64,000 bases of DNA from Longimicrobiales bacterium (GTDB lineage: Bacteria; Gemmatimonadota; Gemmatimonadetes; Longimicrobiales; Gaopeijiaceae), in NCBI GenBank assembly GCA_965203485.1, contig OZ241892.1:960001-1024000 (forward strand), read 5' to 3'. A program made the translations under genes and the position numbers. Below the pieces are notes generated by a model that had not been told where the DNA came from, did not search any database, and worked only from the letters and a program-made list of their open reading frames with translations. Below are positions 63,249-64,000 of the stretch, piece after piece (the stretch's first letter is position 1; each line of letters opens with the position of its first letter).

Positions 63249-63463
63249 CGGTTGCCGCCTTCGACACGCATCGAGCCGTGCGCCGCCTCGAAGCGGCCGG
63301 AATGGAGACTCGGCAAGCCGAAGCCATCGTGTCGGAAATGCGCGAAGCGGCTGGGGCCGACCGCAGCGAACTGGTCACGCGCGGCGAACTCTACCGTGCC
63401 CTATGGATTTCGGGCGCCGGCATCGTCGCCATCCTGACCGCGCTTCGGTTTCTGCCGATCTGA
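63245..63463 (+). CDS. DUF1640/CCDC90-like small protein
   Basis: FDTHRAVRRLEAAGM..RQAEAIV...LVTRGEL plus C-terminal TM helix; ATGA overlap with thrS fragment stop. Confidence 0.75.
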   Translation: MTVAAFDTHRAVRRLEAAGMETRQAEAIVSEMREAAGADRSELVTRGELYRALWISGAGIVAILTALRFLPI

Positions 63464-63753
63464 TCGGTCGCGCCGTGGCGCCGGCCACGATCTGGCGGAT
63501 GGTCCCGGACGGCGCGGGTCGTGCCGAGCCCCCTCGTCGGTGGCGGTCGCAATGGTTCCAATCCCTCGAACTCTTTGCCCGCAGGGGCGGCGGTGGAGTC
63601 GCGTTCGCATACCTGCAGAATGTCGTCCGAGAGCGGACTTGACGGGCATGGCCGACTGGTTACGTTGACAGAAGCAGGTTCTTTTGCCTCGCCGCGCCCT
63701 GGCGAGCGCGGAAGGCTCGTCCCTATCGTCCGTCATCGAGAGGAACTCGCGCC

Positions 63754-64000
63754 ATGAACGACAGATGCCGACTCTCCCAGCTTGTGTTCGCCGGACTGCT
63801 TTCGGCGGCTTGCCATGCTGGCTTTGCCCCGGTCGCCGGAGCCAGTCAGCTCCCCCTGTTCCCGTGTTCGCTTGGCTTGACGTGGCCGAGGGAGACGTAG
63901 AGGTAGCTGAAGCGTCGGCAATATCCCGGCATCTTGCTGTTGACGCCGACGGCATCGCAACGGACGTCAAGGACGAGTGCGGGCTCCATCTCACGGTGTC
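63754..64000 (+). pseudogene. Paralog of the 56389 secreted precursor, frameshifted at a C5 tract; runs off window end
   Basis: RBS GAGAGGA; MNDRCRLSQLVFAGLLSAACHAGFAPVAG; stops at 63900 as assembled; -1 frame reads PVPVFAWLDVAEGDVEVAEASAISRHL, homologous to the 56389 continuation. Confidence 0.65.

Overview
High-GC bacterial chromosomal segment. Gene content and order resemble Gemmatimonadota (inference, not verified). Most of the window (4.6-56 kb) is tightly packed housekeeping genes: a pur/psd/pssA operon, htrA, truA, trpD, lexA, trpCFBA, an NFACT protein, lepB, rlmN, aspS-phoH-7TM/HD-ybeY-mgtE-meaB, an isobutyryl-CoA-mutase-like subunit, secDF-tatD-mutL-miaA-bshA-uppP-birA-coaX, CIRCE-groESL, cyanophycinase and thrS. 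Three accessory regions stand out. (1) At 0.1-4.5 kb there are four tandem near-identical Rpn/YhgA-family PD-(D/E)xK nuclease genes with variable (EQGL)n tails; one is frameshifted. (2) At 35.7-37.9 kb there is a Cys-rich lipoprotein plus a secreted partner. (3) At 56.1-64 kb there is an integrase-free cargo region bounded by a ~440-bp, ~95% identical duplicate of the thrS 3' end. It carries small secreted Cys-rich peptides, beta-propeller proteins, an ABC exporter and an IS3 remnant. Each thrS tail is followed by a paralogous secreted-peptide gene that is frameshifted at a poly-C tract at the same position (C17 and C5), suggesting stacked, phase-variable peptide cassettes. Start codons are manual estimates, no database searches were possible, and some frameshifts could be sequencing errors.
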